Assembly: GCA_050260455.1 (NCBI GenBank)
Contig: JBLNCF010000012.1
Coordinates: 58,236-122,235 of the forward strand
From: Bacillota bacterium
Lineage (GTDB): Bacteria; Patescibacteriota; Minisyncoccia; Phycocordibacterales; Phycocordibacteraceae
Length of the DNA stretch: 64,000 nt
Direction: 5' to 3'
The notes under the pieces were generated by a model. That model was not told the DNA's origin. It ran no database searches and saw only the letters and a program-made list of their open reading frames with translations. How positions within the stretch are numbered: position 1 is the first letter of the stretch; every line of letters begins with the position of its first letter. This document shows positions 1-9,949 of the stretch, piece after piece. Made by a program: the position numbers and the translations under genes.

Positions 1-693
1 GATGATGCCGAGGACTTTGCTGGGATGCTTCGACGTATGTACGAAGGATATGCAGATCGTAAAGGATGGAATGTGCGCGAACTGCATGCGAACGAGAACG
101 ACCATGGCGGGTATCGCAACCTCCTACTTGAGATAACCGGGAAGGGAGTATACGGCAGGTTGAAACACGAAGCTGGCGTACATCGCCTGGTCCGCATCTC
201 GCCATTTAATGCCAACGACAAACGCCAGACCAGCTTCGCGATGGTAGAGGTCCTCCCGATTGTAAAGAATGCTGACATCGAGATTAAAGACGATGAGCTT
301 GATATGCAGTTTGCAAAGTCTGGCGGGGCAGGTGGTCAAAACGTGAACAAGCGCGAGACGGCGGTGCGTATAACGCATGTGCCAACCGGAACCTCGGTGC
401 ATGTCTCTTCGGAGCGAAGCCAGCAAGCCAATCGAGAGAAGGCACTCGAACTCCTGAAGGCAAAACTGTATGCGAGGAAGCTCGAAGAAGAGGAAGCTGT
501 CGCCAAGGGTCGTTCGGTCGCGGCAACGACCGCCAACGAGTGGGGGAGTCAGATGCGTTCCTATGTCCTCCACCCCTATAAATTGGTGAAGGATCACGAA
601 ACAGGGCACGAATCGCGCGATACGGAAGGCGTGCTCGCCGGTGATCTGGACGGTTTTATTGATGCGGCACCGGCATCAGAGGAGGCGAATTAG
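1..693 (+). CDS. prfB: peptide chain release factor 2, C-terminal part (5' end outside window)
   Basis: ORF in frame from window edge; SPF tripeptide (RISPFNAN) and GGQ motif (GGAGGQNVNK). Confidence 0.8.
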   Translation, partial: DDAEDFAGMLRRMYEGYADRKGWNVRELHANENDHGGYRNLLLEITGKGVYGRLKHEAGVHRLVRISPFNANDKRQTSFAMVEVLPIVKNADIEIKDDELDMQFAKSGGAGGQNVNKRETAVRITHVPTGTSVHVSSERSQQANREKALELLKAKLYARKLEEEEAVAKGRSVAATTANEWGSQMRSYVLHPYKLVKDHETGHESRDTEGVLAGDLDGFIDAAPASEEAN

Positions 694-784
694 CTTATCC
701 ACACACTCTGTACGCCACGGGGCGGTGTGAGCGCTTCATTTTCATAGACGCGAAAAACGGGGTGGGGTACAATACCCCTCGTAC

Positions 785-1465
785 ATGATCTATTTCGACA
801 AGGTCACGAAGATGTATCGCGATGGGACACCTGCCCTTGAGGATGTGACCATCAACATCGCCCCCAAAGAATTCGTCTCCATCGTCGGTCACTCGGGCGC
901 CGGTAAAACGACCCTCCTCAAAATGCTTCTTGCCGAAGAGCGTCCCACCGAAGGATCGGTCTTCTTCGAATCGGTAGACGTACATGCGTTGCCGGCTTCC
1001 TCGCTCCACCACTACCGCCGCAAAATAGGGATGGTGTTCCAGGACTTCCGCCTCATTCCAAATAAGACGGCATACGAGAACGTTGCTTTTGCCATGGAGG
1101 CGGCTGGCCGTACCGAGGATGAAATCGGAAGCGATGTACCGCACTTCCTTGATCTTGTGGACCTCGGCAGCAAGGCGCACCATTTCCCAAGCCAGCTCTC
1201 GGGTGGTGAGCAGCAGCGTGTGGCTATCGCACGCGCCATTGTGAATGGTCCGGATGTCATTGTCGCTGACGAACCGACTGGCAACCTTGATCCGATTAAC
1301 ACGTACGAGATCATCGAGATCTTGAAGAAAATCAACGAGCTCGGTACGACCGTCATTATCACGACGCACAATAAGGGAGTGGTGGATGCGCTCGGCAAAC
1401 GCGTGGTCACGATGGACCGCGGTCGTGTCGTGCGTGATGATCAGCGTGGGCATTACGTCCTGTAA
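785..1465 (+). CDS. ftsE: cell division ATP-binding protein FtsE
   Basis: Walker [13 protein letters not shown] signature LSGGEQQR, Walker B; directly followed by ftsX. Confidence 0.9.
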   Translation: MIYFDKVTKMYRDGTPALEDVTINIAPKEFVSIVGHSGAGKTTLLKMLLAEERPTEGSVFFESVDVHALPASSLHHYRRKIGMVFQDFRLIPNKTAYENVAFAMEAAGRTEDEIGSDVPHFLDLVDLGSKAHHFPSQLSGGEQQRVAIARAIVNGPDVIVADEPTGNLDPINTYEIIEILKKINELGTTVIITTHNKGVVDALGKRVVTMDRGRVVRDDQRGHYVL

Positions 1466-1471
1466 ATCTAT

Positions 1472-2392
1472 ATGGGTACTTTCCTGAAACGAATCATCTC
1501 AAGCGGTGCGACGAGTTTCGCGCGCAGTGGCGCGGTATCGTTCGCAACCGTGCTCATCATGACCGTGACCCTCACGATCATCGGTTCCCTTATCTTCCTA
1601 TCGGCTATCCTAAACAACACCCTCTCCGAGATTGTGAGCAAGGTGGACGTGAACGTCTATTTCACGACCGATACGGCTGAATCCGATATTCTCGCTGTGA
1701 AATCAAAGCTCGAGGCGCTTCCGCAGGTTGCACTGGTCACCTATACGTCGCGCGATCAGGCGCTCGACGATTTCAAGACCCGTCACGCGAACGACACGCT
1801 CACGCTCCAGGCGCTCCAGGAGCTAGGCACTAATCCGCTTGAGGCCTCTCTTGCGGTGAAGGCCCAGGACCCAGGTCAATACAGTGCGATTGTTGACTAC
1901 CTTACATCGCAAAATCTCACTCCGGGTGATGGTTCCATCGTCGATCGTATTAACTATTTCCAGAATAAGACGGTCATCGACCGCCTTACGGCCGCCATCC
2001 GCACTACCCAGCAGGTAGGTCTTGCCATCATTGTCCTCTTCGCTCTTGCTTCCACGGTCATTGCACTCGCCACTATCCGGCTCGCTATCTACACTGCACG
2101 TGATGAGATTGCCGTCATGCGACTCGTCGGTGCATCGAACATGTACATCCGGGGTCCGTTCATCGTGGCAGGCATTATTGCTGGTACCCTCGCGGCACTC
2201 ATCTCCCTCATCCTCTTCTATCCAGTCACCTGGTATGCGGGTGGGGCACTGGAATCTTGGCTTGGTGGATTTAATCTCTTCCAGTACTACATGAGCCACT
2301 TTGCCTTCGTGTTCTTTGTGCTCGTCGGCTCCGGTATCTTCCTCGGCGCGCTCGCTAGCTGGATCGGCGTGCGCCGATATCTAAGAATCTAG
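1472..2392 (+). CDS. ftsX: cell division permease FtsX
   Basis: 306 aa, N-terminal TM, large extracytoplasmic loop, three C-terminal TMs; 7 nt after ftsE. Confidence 0.85.
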   Translation: MGTFLKRIISSGATSFARSGAVSFATVLIMTVTLTIIGSLIFLSAILNNTLSEIVSKVDVNVYFTTDTAESDILAVKSKLEALPQVALVTYTSRDQALDDFKTRHANDTLTLQALQELGTNPLEASLAVKAQDPGQYSAIVDYLTSQNLTPGDGSIVDRINYFQNKTVIDRLTAAIRTTQQVGLAIIVLFALASTVIALATIRLAIYTARDEIAVMRLVGASNMYIRGPFIVAGIIAGTLAALISLILFYPVTWYAGGALESWLGGFNLFQYYMSHFAFVFFVLVGSGIFLGALASWIGVRRYLRI

Positions 2393-2402
2393 TCTCGCAA
2401 TC

Positions 2403-4052
2403 ATGGCCATCGAAGGACATAAGTACATATTCGTGCTGGGCGGCGTCATGTCTGGCGTCGGTAAGGGTATCGCCACGTCCTCGATGGGTCTCATTCTCAA
2501 CCAACGCGGCTACAAGGTGAATCTCGTGAAGATCGATCCGTATCTCAACGTAGATGCGGGCACCATGAACCCGACCGAACACGGCGAAACCTTCGTGCTG
2601 AAGTCCGGTCTTGAGACCGACCAGGACATGGGTAACTACGAGCGCTTCCTCGGTCGCGACCTTGGTCCCGAGGACTACATGACCTCGGGTATGGTGTACA
2701 AGACCGTGATTGAGCGTGAACGTGCGCTTGAATACGGAGGCAAGTGCGTTGAGGCAGTGCCGCACGTACGCGATGAGATACTTCGCCGCATTGAGAAGGC
2801 TGCCTCCAATAACGGCAGTCGCATCTCTGTCATTGAGATTGGAGGAACCGTAGGCGACTTCCAAAACGCACTTTTCATTGATGCTGCGCGCGTTCTTAAG
2901 TTGAAGCATCCAGATGACGTCATCTTTGTGATGGTGTCGTACCTTCCCGTGCCGGGCACACTTGGCGAAATGAAGACGAAACCGACCCAGTCGGCAGTGC
3001 GTGAGCTCAATTCATACGGCGTGCAGCCTGACTTCATCATCGCGCGCAGTACCAGTGCCATGGATGCTCGTCGCAAGGAAAAGCTCGCCATCTCCTGCAA
3101 TGTTCGTCCCGACCGCATCATCTCGGCTCCCGATGTTGAGTCCATCTACGACGTACCGCTCAATCTTGAGAACGATCATATTGGTGACGCGCTCCTTGAG
3201 GCACTTAATCTTGAGACGAATGTGGAAGCTGACCTCGACGATTGGCGTGCGTTCGTGGAAAAGACTCGTGGGGATGGACGACCCAATCTGCGCATCGGCA
3301 TCGTTGGGAAATACTTTGATACTGGTGATTTCGTGCTTTCCGATGCGTATCTTTCGGTCATCGAAGCACTCAAGTTCTCTGCAGCTGCAGTGGGCGTTAA
3401 GGCAAAGATTGAGTGGCTGAACGCCAAGGATTTCGAGAAGAGTGCAGACATTGCTACGCTTGCCGAGTACGACGGCATCATTGTGCCAGGCGGGTTCGGT
3501 GAGACGGGTATCGAAGGCAAGATCAAAGCTGCACAGTTCTGCCGCGAGAACAAGATTCCGTACTTTGGTCTCTGCTACGGCATGCACATGTTGGTCATCG
3601 AGTACGCACGCAACATTGTGGGACTCGATGGTGCTCACACGGTTGAAATAAATCCTGACGCAAAGCACCCGGTCATTGATGTGATGCCGGATCAGAAGGC
3701 ACTTATTGCGGAAGGGAGGTACGGCGGTACCATGCGTCTCGGTACCTACCCGGCATACCTCAAGGAGGGAACGGTTGCTCGTGAAGCATACGGTGCCGAC
3801 GTGGTTGATGAACGTCATCGTCATCGCTACGAGGTGAACCCCGAATACGTCGAGCAACTCACCGACAAGGGCCTGGTTTTCTCGGGAACCAGCCCTGACG
3901 GTGTCCTCATGGAAATCGCCGAGCTTCCGAAGTCCGAGCATCCGTTCTATCTTGGCTGTCAGTTCCATCCGGAGCTCCAGGCGCGTCCGCTTACTCCGCA
4001 CCCGCTCTTCTCCGCCTTCATGAAGGCCGCCAAGGAGCGTTCGGAAGGATAA
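2403..4052 (+). CDS. pyrG: CTP synthase
   Basis: N-terminal KYIFVLGGVMSGVGKGI synthetase domain plus C-terminal class I glutamine amidotransferase (GLCYGMH). Confidence 0.95.
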   Translation: MAIEGHKYIFVLGGVMSGVGKGIATSSMGLILNQRGYKVNLVKIDPYLNVDAGTMNPTEHGETFVLKSGLETDQDMGNYERFLGRDLGPEDYMTSGMVYKTVIERERALEYGGKCVEAVPHVRDEILRRIEKAASNNGSRISVIEIGGTVGDFQNALFIDAARVLKLKHPDDVIFVMVSYLPVPGTLGEMKTKPTQSAVRELNSYGVQPDFIIARSTSAMDARRKEKLAISCNVRPDRIISAPDVESIYDVPLNLENDHIGDALLEALNLETNVEADLDDWRAFVEKTRGDGRPNLRIGIVGKYFDTGDFVLSDAYLSVIEALKFSAAAVGVKAKIEWLNAKDFEKSADIATLAEYDGIIVPGGFGETGIEGKIKAAQFCRENKIPYFGLCYGMHMLVIEYARNIVGLDGAHTVEINPDAKHPVIDVMPDQKALIAEGRYGGTMRLGTYPAYLKEGTVAREAYGADVVDERHRHRYEVNPEYVEQLTDKGLVFSGTSPDGVLMEIAELPKSEHPFYLGCQFHPELQARPLTPHPLFSAFMKAAKERSEG

Positions 4053-4152
4053 ATTTCGCTCTCCACACGAGACCTGTGACGCTTCGTAAGAGCGCTATAC
4101 TTAATACGTCCTCTTACCAGGTACAGGTCCTTCCTTATCCTTCACACGCCCC

Positions 4153-4407
4153 ATGTCACACACTACGAAGATCGTGCTCGCGGTCGCCGTTGTAGCCGTC
4201 GTGCTCGCCGCGGCTTTCTTTTACTGGCAGCAGCACCAGACCGCCAATCAGCAGAACGATAGTGAGGTCACTACGCTTCCGAGCGGTTCCAGTACGACAG
4301 ATTCTTCTCTTGAAGATGACTTGGCAGCCATCGATAGTCAGCTTCAAGCATCGGCAAGTGATACTGCCGATGCAACCGGAAGCATCGATGCTGCAGCAGC
4401 TCAATAA
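4153..4407 (+). CDS. small membrane-anchored hypothetical protein
   Basis: N-terminal TM (IVLAVAVVAVVLAAAFFYW), Ser/Thr/Asp-rich tail; antisense ORF 4156..4404 judged spurious. Confidence 0.4.
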   Translation: MSHTTKIVLAVAVVAVVLAAAFFYWQQHQTANQQNDSEVTTLPSGSSTTDSSLEDDLAAIDSQLQASASDTADATGSIDAAAAQ

Positions 4408-4426
4408 CGTTTAGGCTCTCTCAATT

Positions 4427-5362
4427 ATGAAAAAGACTCACCTTATTACTTCATCGCTCGGTATTGCTCTGTTGCTCGCGTCGGCTGCACCGGCACTTGC
4501 GGACGAGGGTTCCGATGATTCTGTAACTGCCTCCAGCTCCTTGCGCGTAGAGATGCATGACAAGCAGGATGGCAAGCGTCCGCTATTTATGCTCGGCATG
4601 CCGAAGCTGAAGTTCATGGCTTCAACGTCCGCCCACATGGAACGGAAGGGGCAGGACGACGAAGATGCAACAAGCACGGACGATCGTATCGAGAACAAGG
4701 GCCAGCAGATGCATATCGAGAAAATGGACGAGCATGCATCTGTTTCCATCGACAATCGCATTGAGGCGCTCCAGAAGCTCTCGGCACGTCTTGCTTCCAT
4801 CAAGCTCCTCCCTGCAGATGTGCTCGCGAAACTCCAAGCATCCATCACGTCCGAGATCGATGCGCTTACTGCCCTGAAGACGAGCATCGGCACCACGACC
4901 GCAACTACCACCCTCAAGGCTGATCTTAAGGCCCTAGAGAAGGTGACCAAGGAACACCTGTTCGCCGAGCCGAAGGCACGTATTGCCGCAGCAGCGTCTC
5001 GTATCAATGCAGTCGTAACGCAGCTCACCGCGCTAGCAGGGAAGCTTGAGACTCGCATCAGCGATGCGCAGAAGGCCGGCATTGATGTGACTGCAGCGAC
5101 CTCTGCGCTCACTGACCTTAAGGCTAAGATTGCGGACGCAAAGATCCAGGCGGATGCCGCAGTTTCACTTACTGCCGATCTCACGGTGAGTACGTCGACC
5201 CAGGCGACCAATAAGGCCACTATGAAAACTGCCGGCCAAAAGCTAGTGGTTGCCCAGAAGGACCTTGCTGCCGCACGCCATGATGCTGCAACCATCATTG
5301 GAATCGTGAAGAAGGGTAACGGGGAAGACCACGCAACGACTACGGCTACCACCACACCGTAA
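4427..5362 (+). CDS. secreted hypothetical protein, Ala-rich coiled-coil-like
   Basis: Signal peptide MKKTHLITSSLGIALLLASAAPALA; intrinsic terminator 23 nt downstream; antisense ORF 4438..5355 rejected. Confidence 0.5.
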   Translation: MKKTHLITSSLGIALLLASAAPALADEGSDDSVTASSSLRVEMHDKQDGKRPLFMLGMPKLKFMASTSAHMERKGQDDEDATSTDDRIENKGQQMHIEKMDEHASVSIDNRIEALQKLSARLASIKLLPADVLAKLQASITSEIDALTALKTSIGTTTATTTLKADLKALEKVTKEHLFAEPKARIAAAASRINAVVTQLTALAGKLETRISDAQKAGIDVTAATSALTDLKAKIADAKIQADAAVSLTADLTVSTSTQATNKATMKTAGQKLVVAQKDLAAARHDAATIIGIVKKGNGEDHATTTATTTP

Positions 5363-5384
5363 ACTCCAACTCCACCCTAGTTAT

Positions 5385-5422
5385 CAGAACCGCCGCCCAT
5401 ATGGGCGGCGGTTCTTTTGCTT
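5385..5422 (+). terminator. Rho-independent terminator
   Basis: Perfect hairpin CAGAACCGCCGCCC-ATAT-GGGCGGCGGTTCT followed by TTTTGCTT. Confidence 0.7.
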
Positions 5423-5488
5423 GGTTGAAAAGAGATTTGATTTCCAGTATTGTCATAAAACCGTGGCCGCTTCGGCGGCCCACGGTAT

Positions 5489-5559
5489 TGCGGGATCGTC
5501 TAATGGTAGGACGCAACACTCTGGATGTTGTTATCTAGGTTCGAGTCCTAGTCCCGCAG
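5489..5559 (+). tRNA. tRNA-Gln (anticodon CTG)
   Basis: Cloverleaf by eye: acceptor TGCGGGA/TCCCGCA, anticodon stem CAACA/TGTTG with loop CTCTGGA, T-arm CTAGG-TTCGAGT-CCTAG; CCA not encoded. Confidence 0.7.
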
Positions 5560-5602
5560 CTCGTTAAGGCACCATATTTCTTCCAAATGCTATTGTTATG
5601 CA

Positions 5603-6073
5603 ATGGAAAAGTTCGAGCATAAACGTCCCGTAGGAAACTCAGAGCGGTTCGGAAGTGAACACAGACTTGAATTGATGATAGATGGCGAAAAGGTGGGGTA
5701 TGCAGCTTTCGAATACCATTCACGTCCATTTCCGCTTTATTACATTAATATCTTGGCCGTCGGTAAAGATGGAAACCAAAAGGATTGGGGCAAAGGCTAT
5801 GCTGGAAAGATTATGGCGTACCTTGAAGATATGCTTGATAAAAGCGGAAAGGCAGGGATTCTTATCGATGCTATAGATGAGAACTCTCCTGCCAAGGGAA
5901 TGTATGAACGACGAGGCTGGCATCCTGTTCCTGGTACTGCATACTTGGCGTACAACATTCCAAACTCAGCTTCAATCGAAAGATTAAAGGAGTATCAGCC
6001 ACGCACTGAAAACGATAGTCGAATGAACAGGTTGTGGCAGACGAGGGAGATTGGAGAATTACCTAACAATTAA
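5603..6073 (+). CDS. GNAT-family N-acetyltransferase
   Basis: Acetyl-CoA motif A-like NQKDWGKGYAGKIM; lower local GC. Confidence 0.55.
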   Translation: MEKFEHKRPVGNSERFGSEHRLELMIDGEKVGYAAFEYHSRPFPLYYINILAVGKDGNQKDWGKGYAGKIMAYLEDMLDKSGKAGILIDAIDENSPAKGMYERRGWHPVPGTAYLAYNIPNSASIERLKEYQPRTENDSRMNRLWQTREIGELPNN

Positions 6074-6147
6074 TGTTCGAATAACGTCTCAGACGGCCAG
6101 CTAACTTGAGATAGGTTCGGACTCCCAGGAGCCTTAGTATTACAAAT

Positions 6148-6654
6148 ATGGCAAGATCCAATAAACAAGAACTCGCGACTAGTTTTTTCGTCGATGGCAG
6201 AGAGTGTATAAAAAGTGCTGATATTCTCTTTCACGACAGAGATCGTGGTGCGCGTTCCCAGTATGGAATTCTCCTGATACACGGTATTGAGCTACTACTT
6301 AAGTCATACTTACTCTTAAAAAATGCATCGTTGCCGGATGATGCGAAAAAGATAGATGCGTACTTGATAGGACTCGGCCACAAATATAAGCATATCTACG
6401 ATGAGTGCAAAAAGTATGGAAACGAGTTAAGTGCACCCTTATCACCAGAGCTGCCTATTTCCATTTTAGAAGTCTACTTAGACTCTCTGAAAAATACTTA
6501 TTATGAAGATAGTGTTGGTGTTCGTTATGTAGATGAGTCGGGTTTGGTCCTTATTGACGGAATGATTTTCGCGGCAATTACTGGACATTTGATACGCCCC
6601 ATACACTCCATTCTTTTCCCCCACACTCCCTTTTCGGGAGATTACGGATACTAA
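6148..6654 (+). CDS. hypothetical protein (AT-rich, possibly foreign)
   Basis: 168-aa ORF with the lowest GC in the window; no motif recognised; HEPN-like fold is only a weak guess. Confidence 0.4.
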   Translation: MARSNKQELATSFFVDGRECIKSADILFHDRDRGARSQYGILLIHGIELLLKSYLLLKNASLPDDAKKIDAYLIGLGHKYKHIYDECKKYGNELSAPLSPELPISILEVYLDSLKNTYYEDSVGVRYVDESGLVLIDGMIFAAITGHLIRPIHSILFPHTPFSGDYGY

Positions 6655-6804
6655 TTCCGAGGAGCGTCGATTTGAGAAAGAAATATCCGCTAGAAAAGAC
6701 TTGTGGAGCTTGGCGGCAGGACTTACGAGACCGAGGAGGCCAGCAGCTTACAAAGTCTGAAAAATGAAAAGCCGTCCTCCAACGACCTTTCGTTGGAGGA
6801 CGGA

Positions 6805-7266
6805 CTAGAAGGGAACTGGCCGTATGCGTTGGAAGGAGTAGCGGATGCCCAGGTTGAGAAGTAAACGTTCGCCTTCTTCGACAACAGTAACTGCATGCCG
6901 GTACTTGCAAGGTTCGAAGATCTTGAAGTGCCGCCGGTTGACGATGAAATGCGGAACGACAAGCTCTCCGCCACTCACGGCATTCTTTAAGATGAACTGA
7001 ACACGGAATTGCCGTTCGCCTTTCTCGATGTAATCAATGTGCTCCGCCAAGTAGTCACCAACTCCATACTTGCTCACATGGAGCTGGAGCTGTAGAAGTA
7101 TGGGCCAGCGGAGATTGATAACATACTCTTGGTACCGCAAGCTCCCGCCGTCGTACTCGACTCGCTGCCATTTAGGCCTGACGATTATGCTCAATACGGG
7201 ATCTTTCCATAAGAGCCCGCCGTCAGGGGTGTGCCTCGGTATGAGGCGCCATAAGTCTTTTCTCAT
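6805..7266 (-). CDS. hypothetical protein
   Basis: 153-aa ORF convergent with the previous gene; no recognisable motif. Confidence 0.35.
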   Translation of the reverse strand: MRKDLWRLIPRHTPDGGLLWKDPVLSIIVRPKWQRVEYDGGSLRYQEYVINLRWPILLQLQLHVSKYGVGDYLAEHIDYIEKGERQFRVQFILKNAVSGGELVVPHFIVNRRHFKIFEPCKYRHAVTVVEEGERLLLNLGIRYSFQRIRPVPF

Positions 7267-7415
7267 AAGACGCCTCCGGTGATTGCCTGGACAGAACCTA
7301 TCACATGTTGCAGAAAGTCTCCAGTGGTCGCACTCTAAAGCACTCCAAGAATACTCCCGGGGTTCTTCATTCAGATACTGCTATAGTTACTTCATTATTC
7401 GTGTTGCCTCGTATT

Positions 7416-7760
7416 ATGAACAAATACGTAGCTATCTTCTGTATTCCGGCCGCAGCCATGCAAGACTGGATGACTAATGTGGACGAAACTACTCGCAAAG
7501 AACAGTCCCAGCAGGTCATGGAGCAGTGGAATGCCTGGCGCGAAACCAATAAGGATGCAATCGTCGAAGAGGGAATGCCTCTCGGCAAGACCAAGCGTGT
7601 CAGCAAGGATGCTATCGAAGATGTAAAGAACGATATGAACTGGTTCATGATCGTGCAGGCGGAGTCGCATGAGGCAGCGGCTACGCTTGTTCAGTCAAAC
7701 CCGCACCTCCAGCTTATCCCGAGTGCATACGTGGAGGTCATGGATACGGGCGGGATGTAG
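7416..7760 (+). CDS. YciI/DGPF-like dimeric alpha/beta-barrel protein (putative)
   Basis: Internal start MNKYVAIF in ORF 7305..7760; C-terminal NWFMIVQAESHEAAATLVQSNPH resembles YciI-like family; TGcTATAGT extended -10 about 22 nt upstream. Confidence 0.45.
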   Translation: MNKYVAIFCIPAAAMQDWMTNVDETTRKEQSQQVMEQWNAWRETNKDAIVEEGMPLGKTKRVSKDAIEDVKNDMNWFMIVQAESHEAAATLVQSNPHLQLIPSAYVEVMDTGGM

Positions 7761-7895
7761 CTCCTTGCTTGAGAATTATTATGGGGATGGGCGAACCTCG
7801 GCTGGTGCTCACTCGCACGAGGGTGCCATAGATTCTCCCTGGTTCTCGTGGTATAACCCGTCCGGCAATCTCGCCTCGACACCAGGGAGGGTGGA

Positions 7896-8738
7896 ATGAC
7901 CACCACGGAAATATTTCGCTGTCCCTTCGAGGTGAAGGGAGAACAAGATAGTCGTATCCGCCGGGTCGTACTCGGCGAGAACCGCGAAGAGCGCTTCGAG
8001 CTAATAACTGGAGCGTTCAAAGAATTTCAGCAGGATCTAGAGCGTGTCGCGATCAGATTCTGTCTGGATGCTGCTCTCTGGAGCGGCTGCAAGACCATCC
8101 GTGCTCTGCGTTCTTCTCTTGTACCTTACCAAGCAGAGCTGCTTGCTACGGAGATGAGTCTCCGTCTCTCTCCTTTCCTTCCACATCAATTCTGTGAGCT
8201 TGATGAGGAGGAGCGGCACCTGGCGTATAAGAATAATCCTCATGGCCTCGACGCCGCGTACGCACTCTTCGAAACGATTTCGGGGTGTGGTGGTGATGCG
8301 GGATCGGTGAGCGGCATTGCGGACTGGATGCAGCAGCAGCTTACAGCAGGGTTCATTGCCGCCAAGAAAACGCCCCGGCTCGACATCCATGATCCACGCA
8401 TACCATTTGTAACTGCGGAAACACGCTTGCTAAGCATTCATCCACACTCGTTCGTGCTACATCGTGAGCGAGAGGGTGGACTCGAGGATCCGCAGAAGAA
8501 TCGGAATACGTTCTCCGTCGTTAAGACACCTTTCTACCCTCACTCGTTCGGAAGGTATAGCGAAACGGTCGAGATCGTCGTCACGCGTGAGGCGGACTTC
8601 ACCGCGATCTCAAGCGAAACCCGTGAACGTATCCGAGTGGCGTCCACACAAATACTCAAACGTGGAGGAGTAAAGGTTCACCAAGACCTACGCGAGCACC
8701 GCAACGAGCTCGGGCTCTGGATCCCCAAACTACGCTAG
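7896..8738 (+). CDS. hypothetical protein
   Basis: 280-aa ORF; no recognisable motif. Confidence 0.45.
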   Translation: MTTTEIFRCPFEVKGEQDSRIRRVVLGENREERFELITGAFKEFQQDLERVAIRFCLDAALWSGCKTIRALRSSLVPYQAELLATEMSLRLSPFLPHQFCELDEEERHLAYKNNPHGLDAAYALFETISGCGGDAGSVSGIADWMQQQLTAGFIAAKKTPRLDIHDPRIPFVTAETRLLSIHPHSFVLHREREGGLEDPQKNRNTFSVVKTPFYPHSFGRYSETVEIVVTREADFTAISSETRERIRVASTQILKRGGVKVHQDLREHRNELGLWIPKLR

Positions 8739-8818
8739 CTCTGTGGGCAGCGTCCGGCCGGCGAGAGATCGCCGGCTTTTCATATCTTATTTACCCGATT
8801 CCTCGTATGCTCCGTGCT

Positions 8819-9004
8819 ATGCCTGCAAAATCGAAGAAGCAACAGATGGCCGCGGGAGCAGCTCTCTCCGCTAAACGGGGAGAGAAGAGCAAAGCCTCAC
8901 TCAAGGGTGCATCGAGGAGTATGTACGAATCTATGAGCGAGAAGGAACTCGACAAGATGGCGAGCGTCAAACGCAAGAAACTTCCGGCAAAGAAACGCTC
9001 CTAA
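8819..9004 (+). CDS. small basic protein, DUF3008-like
   Basis: MPAKSKKQQMAAGAALSAKRGE...KGASRSMYESMSEKELDKMAS matches the short Lys-rich DUF3008 pattern as I recall it. Confidence 0.45.
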   Translation: MPAKSKKQQMAAGAALSAKRGEKSKASLKGASRSMYESMSEKELDKMASVKRKKLPAKKRS

Positions 9005-9046
9005 GTTCATCGTTTCCTTAAGAAAAGAGGGGGTACAATAGCGGGT

Positions 9047-9934
9047 ATGACACGATTTGGCATGCTCGTAGTGTTAGGAGCGATTGTTCTCGTTGGTCTG
9101 ATTGGGTGGTATGCGTTTGGACGTACTGGAACACAGGTGGCTCCTGCTGAACAAGCAACCACCACACCAACTACTTCCGTTACACCACCACAACCCGCAT
9201 CCAAGGACGATCTGATCGTGGTTGACGCACCGTTACCGAATGCGGTGGTCGGAAGCCCTCTTACAGTGACGGGAAAGGCACGTGGCTCATGGTATTTCGA
9301 GGCACAGTTTCCCGTGAAGCTCTATGACGCAACGGGAAAGCTGATCGCAAGCGCCCCTGCGCATGCATCCGGGGACTGGATGACGACTGAATATGTGCCA
9401 TTCTCGGTAACACTTACGTTCGCCTCCTCAAACACATCCACGGGGAAGCTTGTGCTTGAGAAAGATAACCCTTCTGGACTTCCTCAAAACGCAAACTCGC
9501 TTGAGATTCCGGTGAGTTTCTTATCGAGTCAATCTGGACAGACAACGGTGAAGCTCTATTACTACAACCCCTTGCTTGATCAAGGACCGGGTGGAGCACA
9601 ATGCAGCTCGAAAGGCTTAGTCGCAGTCGAGCGCAATATCCCGAAAACTTCTACGCCGCTTACTGACGCAATACAATTGCTACTCAAGGGTGAATTGACT
9701 GATGCCGAACGAGCTCAAGGTCTTACGACAGAATTTCCATTGCCAGACGTTTCACTCACCAATGCATCGATAACAAGTGGGGTGGCGACGCTCACCTTTG
9801 CTGATCCACAGCACAAGCTTTCTGGTGGTTCGTGCCGGACCTCCATCCTGTGGAAGGAGATAGAAGCTACCGCAAAGCAATTCCCGACCGTTTCTTCTGT
9901 CCGCTACCATCCTGCGACCTTGTTCCAACCCTAG
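9047..9934 (+). CDS. Gmad2 Ig-like plus GerMN domain protein, membrane-anchored
   Basis: N-terminal TM; Gmad2-like VVDAPLPNAVVGSPLTVTGKARGSWYFEAQFPVKLYD; C-terminal GerMN-like (LYYYNP...ATLTFADP...SVRY). Confidence 0.65.
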   Translation: MTRFGMLVVLGAIVLVGLIGWYAFGRTGTQVAPAEQATTTPTTSVTPPQPASKDDLIVVDAPLPNAVVGSPLTVTGKARGSWYFEAQFPVKLYDATGKLIASAPAHASGDWMTTEYVPFSVTLTFASSNTSTGKLVLEKDNPSGLPQNANSLEIPVSFLSSQSGQTTVKLYYYNPLLDQGPGGAQCSSKGLVAVERNIPKTSTPLTDAIQLLLKGELTDAERAQGLTTEFPLPDVSLTNASITSGVATLTFADPQHKLSGGSCRTSILWKEIEATAKQFPTVSSVRYHPATLFQP

Positions 9935-9935
9935 T

Positions 9936-9944
9936 GGTATTCTG
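9936..9944 (+). promoter_or_regulatory. extended -10 element TGGTATTCT ending 6 nt before the VIT start codon
   Basis: TGnTATTCT; spacing implies the transcript starts at or next to the ATG (leaderless). Confidence 0.3.
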
Positions 9945-9949
9945 AATCC

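Noticed and set aside
3012-4001. 329-aa minus-strand ORF inside pyrG
   Set aside because: Antisense to a highly conserved CTP synthase gene; R/C-rich, no motifs; typical GC-driven antisense ORF.
4438-5355. 305-aa minus-strand ORF overlapping the secreted protein gene 4427..5362
   Set aside because: The plus-strand ORF has a proper signal peptide and a downstream intrinsic terminator; the minus-strand product is S/A-rich without features.
5560-8760. Integrase or recombinase at the tRNA-Gln-adjacent island
   Set aside because: None of the ORFs shows tyrosine or serine recombinase motifs, and no direct repeat of the tRNA 3' end was found by eye; the island call rests on composition only.
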